A stretch of DNA of 64,000 nucleotides from Eledone cirrhosa (GCA_964016885.1 OZ024755.1:29078001-29142000); one strand, 5' to 3'; shown: positions 42,773-58,120, numbered from the stretch's first letter. Translations and numbers: made by a program. Notes: generated from the letters alone by a model not told the origin.

Positions 42773-43815
42773 TTTATATAATGTAACTCTGTACATAATA
42801 TCAGCGTATCTTTTCATTTTAAACATGAAGCTTCCCATGAAACATTGTTAAAAGTTAACGTAAACAGACGCCACGTAGCTGTTGTATTGTGTTTGTATAA
42901 GGCAAAGCATATTTGCACTGTTCTTAAACCGTGTTTAAATATTTCTGGTTAAGCCATAAACATCTAAAAGTGCATCATGAAAAGATGTCTGAAGTAAAAT
43001 GTTTTGATATTACGAAGAAAATCAATATATAAAACCTCAGATGATAGCTTCTTCTGTTGATCACCTTTTCTTTTATTTACTCGTATATTTTTTTGTTTTT
43101 TTTTTTGGTTTGTTTCCCTTCTTCGTTTCATTCGGATTTCATTGCTGTCATGTTTGTTTTTGTTGATATCGTTGTCGAGAATGTTCTTTTAACTTACTTA
43201 TCTCGACATTTATTTTATATGCGTGGGTGCTAGATCCCGTAAAAGCAAAGGTCATCAATCGAAGTCAAAGTTTCTCATATTATTTTTTTGGCAGACAGAT
43301 AATGCTAATAATAAATGACTACTAAAATATTTCTGACGGATCATATTTTTTCTCTTTGTCTTATTCCCCCTATGTTAATGAAGGAAAATCAACCGATGTT
43401 GACATGGCACAGTTTTCTTTCCTCGGTCACTATTATATATATATATTTATATATACTATCTCTAATCCTTCTATAGATTTAGAAAAATAACCAATAATAT
43501 ATTCTATAAAAAATGTCAAAACAACAGATGGGAATCTAATTACTCACTGCCACCAAGAATTCTCACTGCTATCGAAAAACTACTCCTTCAACTATTCTTC
43601 TAACAACTTCACCCCTCCCTCCTAATATTCTCTATAAAAACTAAATAGGTCCTCAGTAATATTATTCTGATGAAATGACAGTAAATAATAACATTGAAAT
43701 ATTGAATGTCTGCATAACTAAAAGTTTGTAGATAGCAGCTGTTTTAGGTCATGTAACTGTTATAGAAACACGTGTCAAAAAATTCCTTTCAACTAAACTG
43801 TATCCATTCAAATCT

Positions 43816-43875
<60 letters not shown>

Positions 43876-43917
43876 TCGAAGCATAATTCAAATGCATGAA
43901 CTCATGATCCTTTATTT

Positions 43918-43973
43918 ACTGCTATATATATTTCGATGATAGCCATTGAAAGGCTATGACCTCATCAGGCAGT
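43918..43973 (-). ncRNA. Type I hammerhead ribozyme
   Basis: actgc CTGATGA ggtcatagcc-tttcaat-ggctatcatc GAAA tatata TA gcagt. Confidence 0.88.
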
Positions 43974-44151
43974 TAGTCAGTTCTTAGATATGCCAGCTCT
44001 GTGTTTATGGTGTCGATGGTATCAGAGCCTTGGGACATATGAGCTTGTTGGGGATAATTTAATGTTGTCAGCAGGAATAATCTTAATTCTCATTGGTCAG
44101 TTTCTATATGCTAGTAGGGTTGGTATTTGACCTCAAAGAGGTGTGTATGTA

Positions 44152-44350
<199 letters not shown>

Positions 44351-44547
44351 CGTTTCTGAATTTGTTTAGCAAGATTCTTTATCTGAAATCGTGTGTTGAA
44401 ACCGATATTGTTATACTTTGGGAGGGTCATGTTGCCAATAAGAAACACACGCACCAGTTGCTTTCACTTCAATTTAATTTATTAAATATTTATAAATTTC
44501 TGGTTGGTTGGTTGGTTCCACAACCAGATAGTTGTTTATATATATAT

Positions 44548-44592
44548 AGTCATAGTTCTTTCGTCACACACTCTGTGACCTCTTCAGTGACT
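44548..44592 (-). ncRNA. Minimal hammerhead ribozyme (family D, within 44348-44645)
   Basis: agtca CTGAAGA g gtcaca-gagtg-tgtgac GAAA gaac TA tgact. Confidence 0.88.
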
Positions 44593-44741
44593 GGGGATTT
44601 CTTTCTTCGTTTCTGTGCCTTTCCTTTCTTCTATCCTACGCCATTTTGAGAATATTAGGAGGGAGGGGTGAAGTTGTTAGAAGAATAGTTGAAGGAGTAG
44701 TTTTTCGATAGCAGTGAGAATATATATATATATTTATATAA

Positions 44742-44841
<100 letters not shown>

Positions 44842-44928
44842 ATATATATTTATATATTTCGTTTCTGACCCTATATATATATGTCAGCGCGTTCGGGGCG
44901 ACGGTGCCGTCGTCGTTCGCGCACCTTG

Positions 44929-45537
44929 TGTCAGGTCACCAGTTGGTGCTCCTGGTAACATGTATCCCAGTACAAGCTGTCTCATGGTCGGGTCGTTGGC
45001 GACTAAACTGGCAACCCCACCAAGGTTTCTTGGTGAGGAGGGTGACTTTGGACATCCTGCAGGACTAAAAACAAAACCTGTCAAAGGGCAAAGGAGCTCT
45101 TAAGAATCAATGGCCATCCAAAATCACCGGGAGAGATGACCCCTTAGCCTTTGTCAAGGCAGAATTCTAGGAGAAGGAATACTCTGATATAACACCTGCA
45201 ACCCTGATGGTATCCAATGATGTTGACTTGTTCTTCTTTTTGGTAAATATCATCTTGGTTAAGAGAGTGGGACTGGCTTTGTGCAGTGCCTTTGCTCACT
45301 ATAAAAGCTTCACGGCACAGGCATTGCTTTATATCTGGAGATCTCTCTGCACTTGTCGTCACATGGTACCATGGGCCCATCACTATGTGTCAATAATTGT
45401 CACAAGTTGAGTGTTTGTACCAGAGTTTTCAAGCCGCTGGCTGGACTAAAAAGTCACACTCGTTTAGCGCATCGGTAGGGGTTCTCCTACATGGATATAA
45501 AGTAGTGGCCATACTCGAAAACGAGTTGGCAGCCACC
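44929..45537 (+). mobile_element. 609-bp family H element
   Basis: Same termini and length as 9330-9938; ends in (TA)n. Confidence 0.8.
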
Positions 45538-45553
45538 ATATATATATATATGT

Positions 45554-45629
<76 letters not shown>

Positions 45630-45779
45630 TATATAGAATATATATATATATCGCTCTTTTTCACTCTCTTTCAATTTCCCTCTCTCTCTCCTTCTCTCCC
45701 TCTCACCCCCTCTATAAAACACTATCCTTACTATAAGCTATTTTGTCGTTACATAAATTCCTTTAAATCTTGTTATACT

Positions 45780-45847
45780 TTCATTTCAGCCTACCTCCTC
45801 CTCCATCTTTTTACTCTCACGTCTGACGTCTTCTTCTTCCTCCCCCG

Positions 45848-45896
<49 letters not shown>

Positions 45897-46550
45897 TTCA
45901 CACACACACACTCACACTTCTCCCTTTCTCTCTCTCTATCTCTCTCTCTTTCACACACACACACTCAGACTTTCTCCCTCTCACTCTCTCTCTTTCTTTC
46001 ACACACACACACTCACTCTTTCCCCCTCTCTCCATATCCCCCTCCCCCTCCCGTATGCTTTCCCTCTCTCACTGTTACCCTCCGTCTCTCTCACCGTTAC
46101 CCTCCCCCTCTCTCTCTCCATCTCCACCTCTACAGTTACAGTAATCCCTATAGAACGCTTTCAATCTCAAGCTGACTTTATTCCATCCCCTTTCTTTCCT
46201 ACCACATCTATTATTATTAACCTTACTCCGACGATCCGAACAACCACCTTCACACTCTCTCTCTCTCTCTCTCTCTGTCTCTCTATATCTATCTATCTAT
46301 CTATCTCACACCCAATTCCTTGCTACTATACACGCCAACTGTCTTCTTTGCCTTCCTCTCTCTTTCTCTCTCTGTTTCTCTCTGTCTCTCCTCTCGCTGT
46401 ATTTCTCTGTCTACTCTCTACTCTTTCTTTCTCTCTCTACTCTCTCTCCCTCTGTCTATCTCTCGCTCTTTTTCTCTTTCCTCTCTCGCCCCCCCCCCCT
46501 CCTCTCTCCCCCTCTCTCTATCTCTATCTCTACTCTCTTTCTCTTTCTGT
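45780..46550. repeat. CT-rich low-complexity tract
   Basis: Directly visible. Confidence 0.9.
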
Positions 46551-47456
46551 TTTCATCGTGTCTCAGTTTTCCTTTATCCAACTCTTCTTTGATTTAACAA
46601 ATTCCTTTAACGTTTCTGATAAAATATGTTCCGAATACCAAAGTATTTGCTATTTCAGTAAATGACAATTTTCAGTATTGCAATATTATTTCAAGCATAA
46701 CATTTCGAACATTCCTTAGTGTAATGAACAATTTGTTTTCACTGTATATTTTCTGTCGTGACCCGTTGAGGTTTGCATAGTATTCCTTGGAAACACATAC
46801 CGACAAAAGATGACTGTCATATGTCTTAGTTATGTAGCTAAAACACAGAGGATAATAGGTGTGTCACGAAATTTGATAGATTCCCTTAAAAGCGCCTACA
46901 GGGAAAAAGGCTAAGTACCAGAAAGTTGTTTCACAAATATTATGCTAAAATATATTAAGCAGTATCTGTTGACGTTGTATATACCAACACAATTTTCAGA
47001 ATGTAAGTATCTTGTTAATCTGAGGTGTATTACAAAGAAAACTATATCATTTGAATTGTGAGTGTCGCAGTTAGCTGAATAAATAGGGTCTAATATAATA
47101 TAGAAACAAAATATATTTTTCAATCACTTAAACAAATGAAATATTTATCTAGATAATAGGTAAAATTCTTCTTCTTCTTCTTCTTTTTCTTCTTTCTTCT
47201 TTTCTTTTTCTTCTTTTTCTTCTTTCTCTTCTCTTTCTTTCTTTTTATTCTTCTGTTGCTTCTTCTTCTTCTTCTTCTTCTTCTCCTACTTATTCCTGAA
47301 AGGGTCTCTTGCCGGTTGGTTGTGCTCGTGAAATCTGTCCAGCGATTATTTCCCGATTGTAAATTTATAAATTGCTCATTGCCATGTGGTTACACTTGGT
47401 GTTTCACAAGATTTACAGAGGGCGTGACAAAACGAACTGACTTGAAGCTACACATG

Positions 47457-47640
47457 AAGAAGAAGAAGAAGAAGAAGAAGAAGAAGAAGAAGAAGAAGAA
47501 GAAGAAGAAGAAGAAGAAGAAGAAGAAGAAGAAGAAGATCAACAACAACAACAACAACAACAATGTCAACAACAACAACGCCAGCAACAACAAGAGTCAA
47601 CAAGAACAACGCCAGCAACAACGTCAACAACAAGAACGAG
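47457..47640. repeat. (AAG)n/(AAC)n trinucleotide repeats
   Basis: Directly visible. Confidence 0.95.
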
Positions 47641-47965
47641 GACATCGAAATGAATAGAACAAGTTCATGACTCAAGAGATATACTATTAAAACAACAGTG
47701 CGTTCTTGATTTCTGAAGAGATTTGTCGAACAATATCTAGTTTACTAAAAGAAATTCGCCATTTTTCACCACGTTTATTATTAAATTTAACATCTGTGCC
47801 TTCGTTTGGCTTTTCTTCGATGGCTTTTCTTTTTTCAAGAAAATTTGGAATATTCAATAAATAATGGCCAATATGCTAGAATATAGATGAAAAATTAACA
47901 TTTCTTAATTTCCCTTTCGACACTCCTTGGAATTGTATGCGAACCTCATTTTGGGAAGGCCTGGT

Positions 47966-48194
47966 TTAATCCTTTAGCGTTTACATTACTTTATATTTAC
48001 TATTGTATTTTCACGGGAAACTCTTTATTTCACATAGTTATCTCACATAATATCGAATCTATGAGATTTTGATATTATAGATTTTGAGAACAATACCTTA
48101 ACATAAGTATGAGCAGTTGGTTATGGCCAGTTTGAACAGAAAGAGCTGAGAGAATTCTGACCGGATATGGCTGCTTTAAATACTAAAGAGTTAA
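47966..48194. mobile_element. TTAA-flanked MITE
   Basis: ttaa-tcctttagcgttta ... taaatactaaagag-ttaa imperfect TIRs. Confidence 0.8.
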
Positions 48195-50929
48195 ACGTAA
48201 CTTACATGTCAATACATAATTATTACATTGAGCAACGGAACAAATAATTTATTCACTCTTAGTACAGTCATAACACTGCAGCTGTTAAACATATCACCGA
48301 GTAGACCCAACTCTTTATTATTACCAATCAAAGAGATATGTTTTTGATAAACAAACTAAATTAGTATTTACCAATACTAATACAGCAGTGGGTTTCTAGG
48401 ATTGGTTTTGCAGCGGAAAAATGTATTCTGCAATTTCCGCCGACGCCCCTCATTCAGAACTACCTGCGTCAGATTTGTTTTTCATCCTTCTGGAGTTGGT
48501 AAACTAAAGTGCTATGGTGAAGGCCTCCCACCCCCCTGTTTCTGAGATTCCTCTCTCTCGTTAAAATAAATGAAGGTCGGGAGTTGCTCTGCGTTGGCTC
48601 GCGTCTACATGGGCGTACAAATCAAAAGCGAAGGCATGTGCCTACAATATAAAATTCTGACTGAGGTCGAGAAAGAATACATTTAAAAACCTAGATTTCT
48701 ATCCACTTATTAGGGTGCCGACATATTACTAATTATGTAATTATTTAAGATTAAATGGAAAAATTAAAATTAATTTCATTTATTAAAAAGTACACTTTTT
48801 TAAGTAACTAATTAGTTCAAATTTGCAACAGTCTTAAATCACCTCCTACCAAGTTTAATGGAAAAATAAATTACTTAAGAATATTTCACAATCTATAGTC
48901 GTAGAAATAGTATGTTTGAAACGGATTGGTGAGTGGTCAGACCTGGAACGCCATTGAATGGGAATACTCTTATACAGAACCCTCATTTTTTTTTTATTAC
49001 TTAGCATTTTCGCTATATTTGAAATCGAAATCGAAAACTAATTAAAATGTCACTCGGTGTATCCAAGTAATATCCTAGTGTAAGACAACACCACTGTATT
49101 AGTTACCACACTAGTTGTTAGTTCAGACATTCATGAAGTTCAATGATTATTTTACTGTAGTTCAGACATTTAATATAATGAATGCATTTCACTTGGAAGC
49201 GCTGGGTTTATTGACATTGTCGTGCATTTTGAGACCGCAAATTCGCTGATTCATTAAAGCGTCGGATAGATTGATTTTCGGTAATTTTTCTCTGCACTCC
49301 ATTCTCTGAATTCACGTCTGCCAACATCAATATGGCCTTTAAAATTTTGAGGTTCATAATTACTAGAACAACGCGGCGTTGTAATAGAATTGTTTGAAAG
49401 TCGGTCAAGATGGTTACTAATATTTGTTTCAATACTTCCTATGCTGAGTCAAACTTTCTATTTCTTTGATTGGGAAATACAAGGATTTTGATACCAGATA
49501 ATAGAGATAGGAGTCTAATATTAAGCATAATGATGCATCTATTACTGCAATATATTACTTACAACAATTCAAATATCTATCGCGAGACTGAGATTGTTTT
49601 TTCTGTACATCTTCGCTTTAGATATAATTCTACAAACGTTAGATCAAAGATGTTTTTATACATTCTTTTTCCGTATCTTGCATAATACTTTACTATATAT
49701 ATTATCTTTATTTTTGTATATGTGTAAATAACATTTGAGACAATAAAGTTATTTTAGAAGGTCAAGCCACCGCTTTCATTCCTAAGCTACATTTATCATA
49801 GAACCATTTAAATAATGTAATGCTAGCTATATTTGCTCTAGAATATTTCAGTCAGGTTTTAAATCACCAATATAAAATAATACTTGTCGCAGTGAACATG
49901 AAACTCCTTAATTGTCACAAGCATGTACGTAATATCATATTCCACCGAACGTAATTCATAACGGATGATCACACAACTCTGCACTAATTACATTCCATCG
50001 TCATTAATCATTATCCTGAAGGTATACAATGAATATTCATCATAGTTATTTCCATTGTCTTTAAATATCTGACTATATATCTGATCGGAAATTGAAGCCT
50101 GTTAATACTGATATATTTCTGTAAAAGACTTGTTAATACTTATTTATTATATCCAGGTTTGTTGGAGGAAATTGGTCGCATCTCAATTCATATCACCTAC
50201 AAAACTGCTGCCTGTCCTAATGTGTTCAGAGTCACTGCATTCTGTAGATGGGTGATGTAGATCTAGCTAAAGCCGATTTGTATTTCACTGCTATGAAATG
50301 GAGTTCTGATTTGGTAGAGCATCACTCATGTTTTCCTCCAAAAATACGTCACAGGCATTCCATATTTTACATAACAAAATAGGCAGTCGCCTGCAGTTCG
50401 TTATCTTACTGGCATCCAAAGCCCCTAAGGAAATTTATGATACACGCGTACGTATCTATACAAGAATATCAATATAGATAGTCTCTTCTGTATGCAGTTA
50501 TATATTTTTTGTTCATTCTACCACGTTTACTTATCTCCAGTGTTTATAACAAATACAATTATCGATCAATATGTAATGTAATTTGAGTTTATGGATCGTG
50601 TACAAACTATTTGCATGTTCATCATCATTGATTAAATGAAGTAAAAACTGCATTATTTCATTACAAATTATAGAAACGTTATTTTATTTTATATAAAACC
50701 CTTATTATATTATAAATCCTAAAATTATATTACAAAGCTATAATATCTGCTTTGTGCTGAAACCAATTATAATGGGTGAAACTTTGCTGGAGAACTACAG
50801 AAGAGTTCAAGTTCCAAAGATAATGTCTTTGATTATTTCTTGGGTTTCTTAACGTCCTAAGTTCAATTCCTGGCGTCATATATTTTGCTCTAGCTTATTT
50901 CACGTTATATCTTAGACTATAGAAATCGT

Positions 50930-51065
50930 TTTTTCTAACTTTGGCACAAGGCCACCAATTACCCCCAGTGCATTACTGGTTCTTTATTTTATCGACCCCG
51001 TCAGGATGAAAGGCAAAGGGTTAACCTCGGCGGGATTTTGAACTCACAATGTAAAGAGCCATAAC
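50930..51065 (-). mobile_element. SINE (main family), truncated
   Basis: Conserved body. Confidence 0.8.
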
Positions 51066-51889
51066 TGTATAATGTAAAATCCTAAGTCTATAAATTAGCG
51101 AAGTTCCTTATAGTCAAGTAAGTTAGCAATTAGGTCATAGTCCATGTCACAGATCCTTATTTCTTGAAGGGTCATACGGTTGTTGTAGAAATATACACCG
51201 TACCCGGAGCATACCGAAACCTGTTGGAGACCATACCTTTCCAGGTCTGTAAACACAGATTTCTTCTAAGGAAAGAGGGAATGTGGGGTAGAAGAAAAGA
51301 AATAGATATAAAGATGAAGGATCGGCCCCAATAAAGGATTGTCACTTTATTTATCAGCCTCGTAACGATGACAAGCAAGGATGAGCTCTACAGAGCGCAG
51401 AGAACCGGAATTAATACCACAAAACATTCATTGCCCATTTTGTTCACAGAAGATATTGATTAGCATTCATTTATCAAAAGGAATGGAGAATTTAGCGTGT
51501 CAAACTCCTGGCGTTTGACTGTAAGTAACGGAGAATGAAAAAGACTAAGGAAGATATTTTGCTGCATTGCATTTGAAATAGAAAAGTTCGTGTTGTAAGT
51601 GAATACCTGTCAATTACTGAGATTAATTTTATCAAGTAAGAACCTCCTTAGAAATTCCGGAATAATGGTGATACTAGAAATCATTATATGTGTGAGAGGG
51701 GGCAATACCCGTCATTGACAAGTTACTGAGTTATATTAGGACCTCTATCACAGAAAGAGAGCATATTACACAGTAGCATGATGCAGTCACGATATCTCTC
51801 TATAAATCAATCCAAACGAATCGTTATCTACTAATATATAATGCTCTTGTGTTTTTGTACTTAACGCAAAGAGAGGTAACTCATCTACT

Positions 51890-52226
51890 ACTTACTACTA
51901 GTACTACTACTACTTTGACGCTTAACTCCACCAGTTGCACAATCCATCAACATGAAATATTTTTCTCCACAAAGTTCGATCACCAACAGCAGAGTTTAAA
52001 GAGCAAAGATCAAGTCCAGTCCATAGGTTGACATTATCAAGCCATCGTTTTGGCTGCCGGCCTCTGCTTCTCTTACCAGCCAACTTTCCTTCCAAACATA
52101 ACCTACTCACACCACGAGTTGATATTTTTCCTTAACTCTGCTGTTGGTGATCGAACTTTCTGGAGAAAAATGTCTCATGTTGAGGCACAGTCTCCAGCTG
52201 GCGGAGTTTAGCGTCAAATTAGTAGT
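51890..52226 (-). pseudogene. RTE 3' end with (TAG)n tail and an inverted second 3' end
   Basis: LEGKLAGKRSRGRQPKRWLDNV..WTG....L..AVGDRTLWR; 52136-52226 is an inverted diverged copy of ~51905-51994. Confidence 0.85.
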
Positions 52227-52702
52227 GTGTATGTAATAATTATTTTTAACTGGCGATCTTAGAATGGCTACACTTCTATATATATATATATATATATTAT
52301 ATATAGATATTACAATTAGCGGCCATTTTTTTACTGCACGGGACCAGCTAGTTTTAGTATAAAAAAATAAAGAAATGATATTGTTAATATCTTTGGTTAT
52401 TTCTTGTGATTTAAAAGATATCTTTAGAAACTATCTGACCATTATATATTTCGAAGGAATCACTTTCATCTGGGTGTCTTTCTCTTCATTTATTTCTGGA
52501 TAAAAAAACAAACATTATAGATAGTGCGTAACCAAAGAGGTTGCTGATTATATTGTGGATGCTGAAAAGTTCTATTTCTTAAATCTACAGATGAAGAATT
52601 TTTGAAAAACAAAATGTCTCACCGTATTTAATTTTGTCCCTTTATTTTCATACCCCGCCTGGTTCAACTTTGCAGTTCATCCTTCCGGTTTCGATAATAT
52701 CG

Positions 52703-52917
52703 GTTTGTTATATAGGCACAAGTCCAGCAATTTTTGGGGAGGTGAAAGTCGATTAAATCGACCCCAGTGCGTGACTGGTACTTTATTTTATCGACCCCGT
52801 AAGGATGAAAGGCAAAGTTAACCTCTGCGGGATTTGAACTCAGATCATAAAGGGCTGTAACTCTATGCTGCAAAGCATGGCGTCCGACGCTCTACCGATA
52901 CCGTCAATCTACCGCCC
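52703..52917 (-). mobile_element. Full-length SINE (main family)
   Basis: Head, B box and body present. Confidence 0.88.
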
Positions 52918-53712
52918 CTGATTACATTATATAATGCACCCCTATCTTTTGTTTTAAAGCGTTGGGATGTAATTTAAAAGAAATGATTGCCGCAATACAT
53001 CATAGGCTGAGCTATTGTTTAGATATTTCGTTGTAGGTCAGAGTTAATTAAATTCACAATTACGTTGTATTTTATAAAATAAATGACTCCAACATAATCT
53101 CTTCTCTAACAATGATCATCTGCTTCAAACCTGAAATGTTTGATATAATAAAATCTGGCAGGAATATTAGATAAAAAAATATGATAGCGGAAACTTTCTT
53201 ATAGATTATTGGTTCATTATTTCGTCGACTTCAATAGAATGATACACTAATTATTACCCATTGAGAGTTTAATTCAGGAAGTGACTTCTCGTTATTAAAT
53301 ACCCAAGAGTCTTTTCTGGTGGCAATCGATCGATTTGGCCGTCAAAATCTTTACAAATGATAATAGAATAGTTCCCATTAGACCAGTTGACATCGATCAT
53401 CTTCAGTTTTTTCCATTATTCTCCTGTCTCTTTATAAAACCATACGTATCATTATTACTGTCCTAATTTTCCGTTCTATTATTCTCTAACTCTTTTATGT
53501 TCCCTCTTCGTTATCTGATTCGGATATTGAACAGACCTTGTTCGCCATGTATATATGAAGACAGTTTTCATATGACTTCCTATGGCATGATTTTGTAACA
53601 ATTATTAAATTATCGCTAAATATAAATAATTTGAAGCTTTTCATTTAACATATAAATAAGGCATGAAGGAGAAAGGAACGTGCATTTCATGAATACTTAC
53701 ATGATGAGGTTT

Positions 53713-53747
<35 letters not shown>

Positions 53748-54039
53748 ATAAGCATTTTAATTGTTATTATCATTATTGTTGTTGTTTATATTGCAAAGGT
53801 CTTCATCGCATGCAGCCAATTTTTATCGCTTTCCGGACTAAATTTCAAACAGACTCTTATATTTTTCGCTTTAATATTTCATCCCATTAGGGATTACACA
53901 ATACCTCATAGAATCTAGTTGAACATTCTTTGTCTCTTAATCTCGCCATGAAAAGTATATAAAAGTAAGCGTATTTCATAGTAATTATAAATAGAATATT
54001 TATTATGCATTCTTTGCGTAACCAATTCCATTCCATTCA

Positions 54040-54388
54040 ATCAGCTAATATCTTCTTTTTCTATTTCTTCTTCGCCCACTTCTTCTTGAGAGTGTCGTGG
54101 AGGCAGAGTTCTCAAGCATCCCTCCAAAAGCAGTCCTGTCAGAAGCAACCGTCTCCAACTGATCCGGCTGGATGCCCAAGCGTGACCAGCCAAGCTCATG
54201 GATCTTATCTAACCATCTTGCTTGAACTTCACCACTGTGTCTCCTACCTGTCGGTTTTGCCCGTAAAATCTGTCCAGAGATTCTTACCTGAGACATTCTA
54301 ACCACCTGCCCGTAGTATCAGAGCTGTGATCTCTCATTTCGGAGAAGTAGCGGCTCTACCTTGAGTGACTCTCTGATCTCCGAGCTAC
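54040..54388 (-). pseudogene. RTE-clade LINE 3' end
   Basis: SSEIRESLKVEPLLLRNERSQL*YYGQVVRM...KPTGRR..G...ARWLDKIHELGWSRLGI. Confidence 0.85.
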
Positions 54389-55283
54389 ACATACATTCAA
54401 TAGTTATTTGTGACTCAAAAAGTATCTCCTTCTGAACCAGTCCAATGACAATCTTTTTTTGAAGTTCTAGAATTAAAAACGTACAAGATAAGAAACCAAT
54501 TCTCAGTTTACAGGGGAACCATTGTTTACTGTGTTTACTTTTCATCACCTTAATTCACAAGGATGTTATATCAAAGCGTTTCGAAAACGCCATCTTTAAA
54601 TTATGTCTACTAAATGTTTTATTTTCTTAACCAATCGCATTCCATTAAATTATATAATATCTCTCTTCTAGAATATTGCTCAATATATTTCAGACCTACA
54701 TTATGGTTTAGCCTTGGCGTCTATGTCCACTTTTTACTGTTCTCGTGAGTGTTATATCCGCTCAAATATATTCGGTGGTGATAAACTGTTATTACAGTCA
54801 ATTTCTGAAACGAGACCTTCACACTTTTACATTTCTAATTATGCAATTCCAACATTTTATGGGTCGAGAAATATTTAGATTCAGCACAATTCAATTAAAC
54901 GTATTACAGTTTAACCTATTTTAACCGAATTTAAACAATTATTTTAATAGTTATTATTTGATTATGGAAATCATTTAGTATGACTATACACTGATGTTAT
55001 TAAAAGATTATTTAATGAATGTAAATTTAACCAACATTAGTGTAATTTAATCTGATATTTTAAACGAGAGGATGGAAGTAATTAACAGACTTACACACTT
55101 AAGCTTTGTTTACTTTAGTCATTAGATTGTGGATAATATGTTGATCTAATAATTCTCTACCCATTCAATGTTTTTAACACAGCAATTAATAAATATTACC
55201 CGAGTTCACCACAATGAAAAGCTGAATTTATTGACAAACATACACATATATATTATGTATGTATGAATGAATGTGAATATCTA

Positions 55284-55320
<37 letters not shown>

Positions 55321-55326
<6 letters not shown>

Positions 55327-55537
55327 ATATTAAAATAATGGAAACTATATTTATAAAACCATATTTATTATATTATATATATTTCAAGGGTACCAAAAGC
55401 TTTGGTACGCTTTCATCAGATAACATATAAAGTGTGTTTTATAAATTTTGACATAGCCAAGGAACATACCTTAACGGTTGAAATTTTCCTTGGATAGAAA
55501 ACGTATTGAATTACCAACAAATTGAATATCCCTTCTG

Positions 55538-55540
<3 letters not shown>
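55321..55540. mobile_element. Family F tails-out insertion with HHR (55370-55426, minus)
   Basis: ttat CTGATGA aagcgtaccaaa-gc-ttttggtaccctt GAAA tatata..; plus-strand tail ...cccttctgctt. Confidence 0.85.
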
Positions 55541-55573
<33 letters not shown>

Positions 55574-55640
55574 GTGTTTGACTATGTTTGAGTATGTAAG
55601 AGTTCTTTGGTTTCTTTTGCATATATATATATATATATAT

Positions 55641-55870
55641 ATGCAAAAGAAACCAAAGAACGCTTACATACTCAAACAGTCTTTATTCACTAACAATGTT
55701 TCCTCCTCACCTTTTGGCAGGTATCATCAGAGCTTAATAAATACAGTGTAGAGTATAAGCTCCTCAAAAACTTAGTCACACGAACAATCAGAAAAAAATA
55801 ATAGGATGAAATATTTTTAGCGAAGAAAGACTGTTTGAGTATGTAAGCGTTCTTTGGTTTCTTTTGCATA
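55641..55870. mobile_element. Family G insertion with inverted ends and HHR (55689-55733, minus)
   Basis: Ends 55641-55684 / 55826-55870 inverted; gct CTGATGA...GAAAC att GTT agt; third end copy at 55585-55622. Confidence 0.75.
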
Positions 55871-55917
55871 TAACGGCTCTGTCCATGTACATTGAGCTAA
55901 CACAATACTGCAATAAT

Positions 55918-56097
55918 TATTTCTACTTTAGGCACAAGGCCAACAATTACCAAGTATATTACTGGTACTTTATTTTATCGACCCCGTAGGATGAAAGGCA
56001 AAGTTAACCTCGGCGGGATTTGAACTCAGAATGGCAAGGGCCGTAACTCTATGCGTCAAAGCAAGGCGTCCGACCCTCTACCAATACTACCAATCCA
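55918..56097 (-). mobile_element. SINE (main family)
   Basis: Conserved body and head. Confidence 0.88.
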
Positions 56098-56147
56098 CAC
56101 GGTAAGTAGGTGTTTATGCACATACGCTCCGAACTTTACGTAAATAA

Positions 56148-56178
<31 letters not shown>

Positions 56179-57215
56179 CATTTGTATGCCTTCTTGTTCC
56201 GGTAGAAGAGGAAATTAGAGAATTCCTGACCATTATTGGGTCACGGTCTTCCTGGCATCGAGTATTATATATACTTACTTAATATGAATTATCATTGTTT
56301 CTCATATGAGTATAAGATAAATTAGTTTCGAAAAAGATACTATAGTAAGCTACTTTAAAATTAGTACACACATATGCACGCATATAAACATAAATATACA
56401 CATACGCACAAATGTTTATACACGCTTACATGTGCACAGGCACGCTTAGACATACGCACTCATAGGTATGTGTATGTAAGTGCGTGTAGATGTGTGTATG
56501 TGCCTGTCTGTCTGTGTGTGTGTGTGTGTGTGTTATAGAAACTTAATAGTTTATACGATGGTTAAAGGCTCATTGAGATTTTATGTAATGATTTATATTA
56601 TTAAGCAATTAAATAAAACCCGTGTATAATAGCGACGTATTTGTAGTGTAGTAACGTAGACAGTGTCGTAAAAATGTCAGAGGCTTCATTTACGATTGGA
56701 GAATATTTTTATTCTATTTTAATTGATTTTCCTATAGAACTTACACCACTCTGTTATCTTCAGTTTTACAGAATACAGATTTAATAGATACAAATCATAA
56801 ACGTGTCAGCGAAATATACATTAACTTAGTCACAGTCAACTGTATGTAATTCACGCTGATGTATTATTTAGTGATTTTTATAGTTTGAGCTTCTTGATAC
56901 ATTATTGATGATCTAGAGAGAAGAGTGACAAAATCTGGGTGATTAGTGTATTGGGGTATTAGTGGATATGTTTTAATGCCTTTACAGTGAACTGTTTTTC
57001 TCTTTTATATGTTACTATAGGATGTGTTCTTAATGTGGAATCAACAACGTAACAATATGATTGATTCTAGCAGCTGGTTTGTTTCGTTTTTGTTGTGATT
57101 TTAGCGATCACATGTCATTCTAGACTAGGCAGATTAATCTACAGATGTTTTGGGTATTTAAAATTCGAAATGCGCGCCACCAATCAGTAAACGCAATGAA
57201 GACATAGCAAATCAT

Positions 57216-58120
<905 letters not shown>

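Noticed and set aside
43663-43708. CTGATGA aatg..catt GAAA candidate
   Set aside because: No valid NUH in register with stem I; not counted as intact.
47256-47675. Poly-K/N/Q ORF
   Set aside because: Trinucleotide microsatellite translation.
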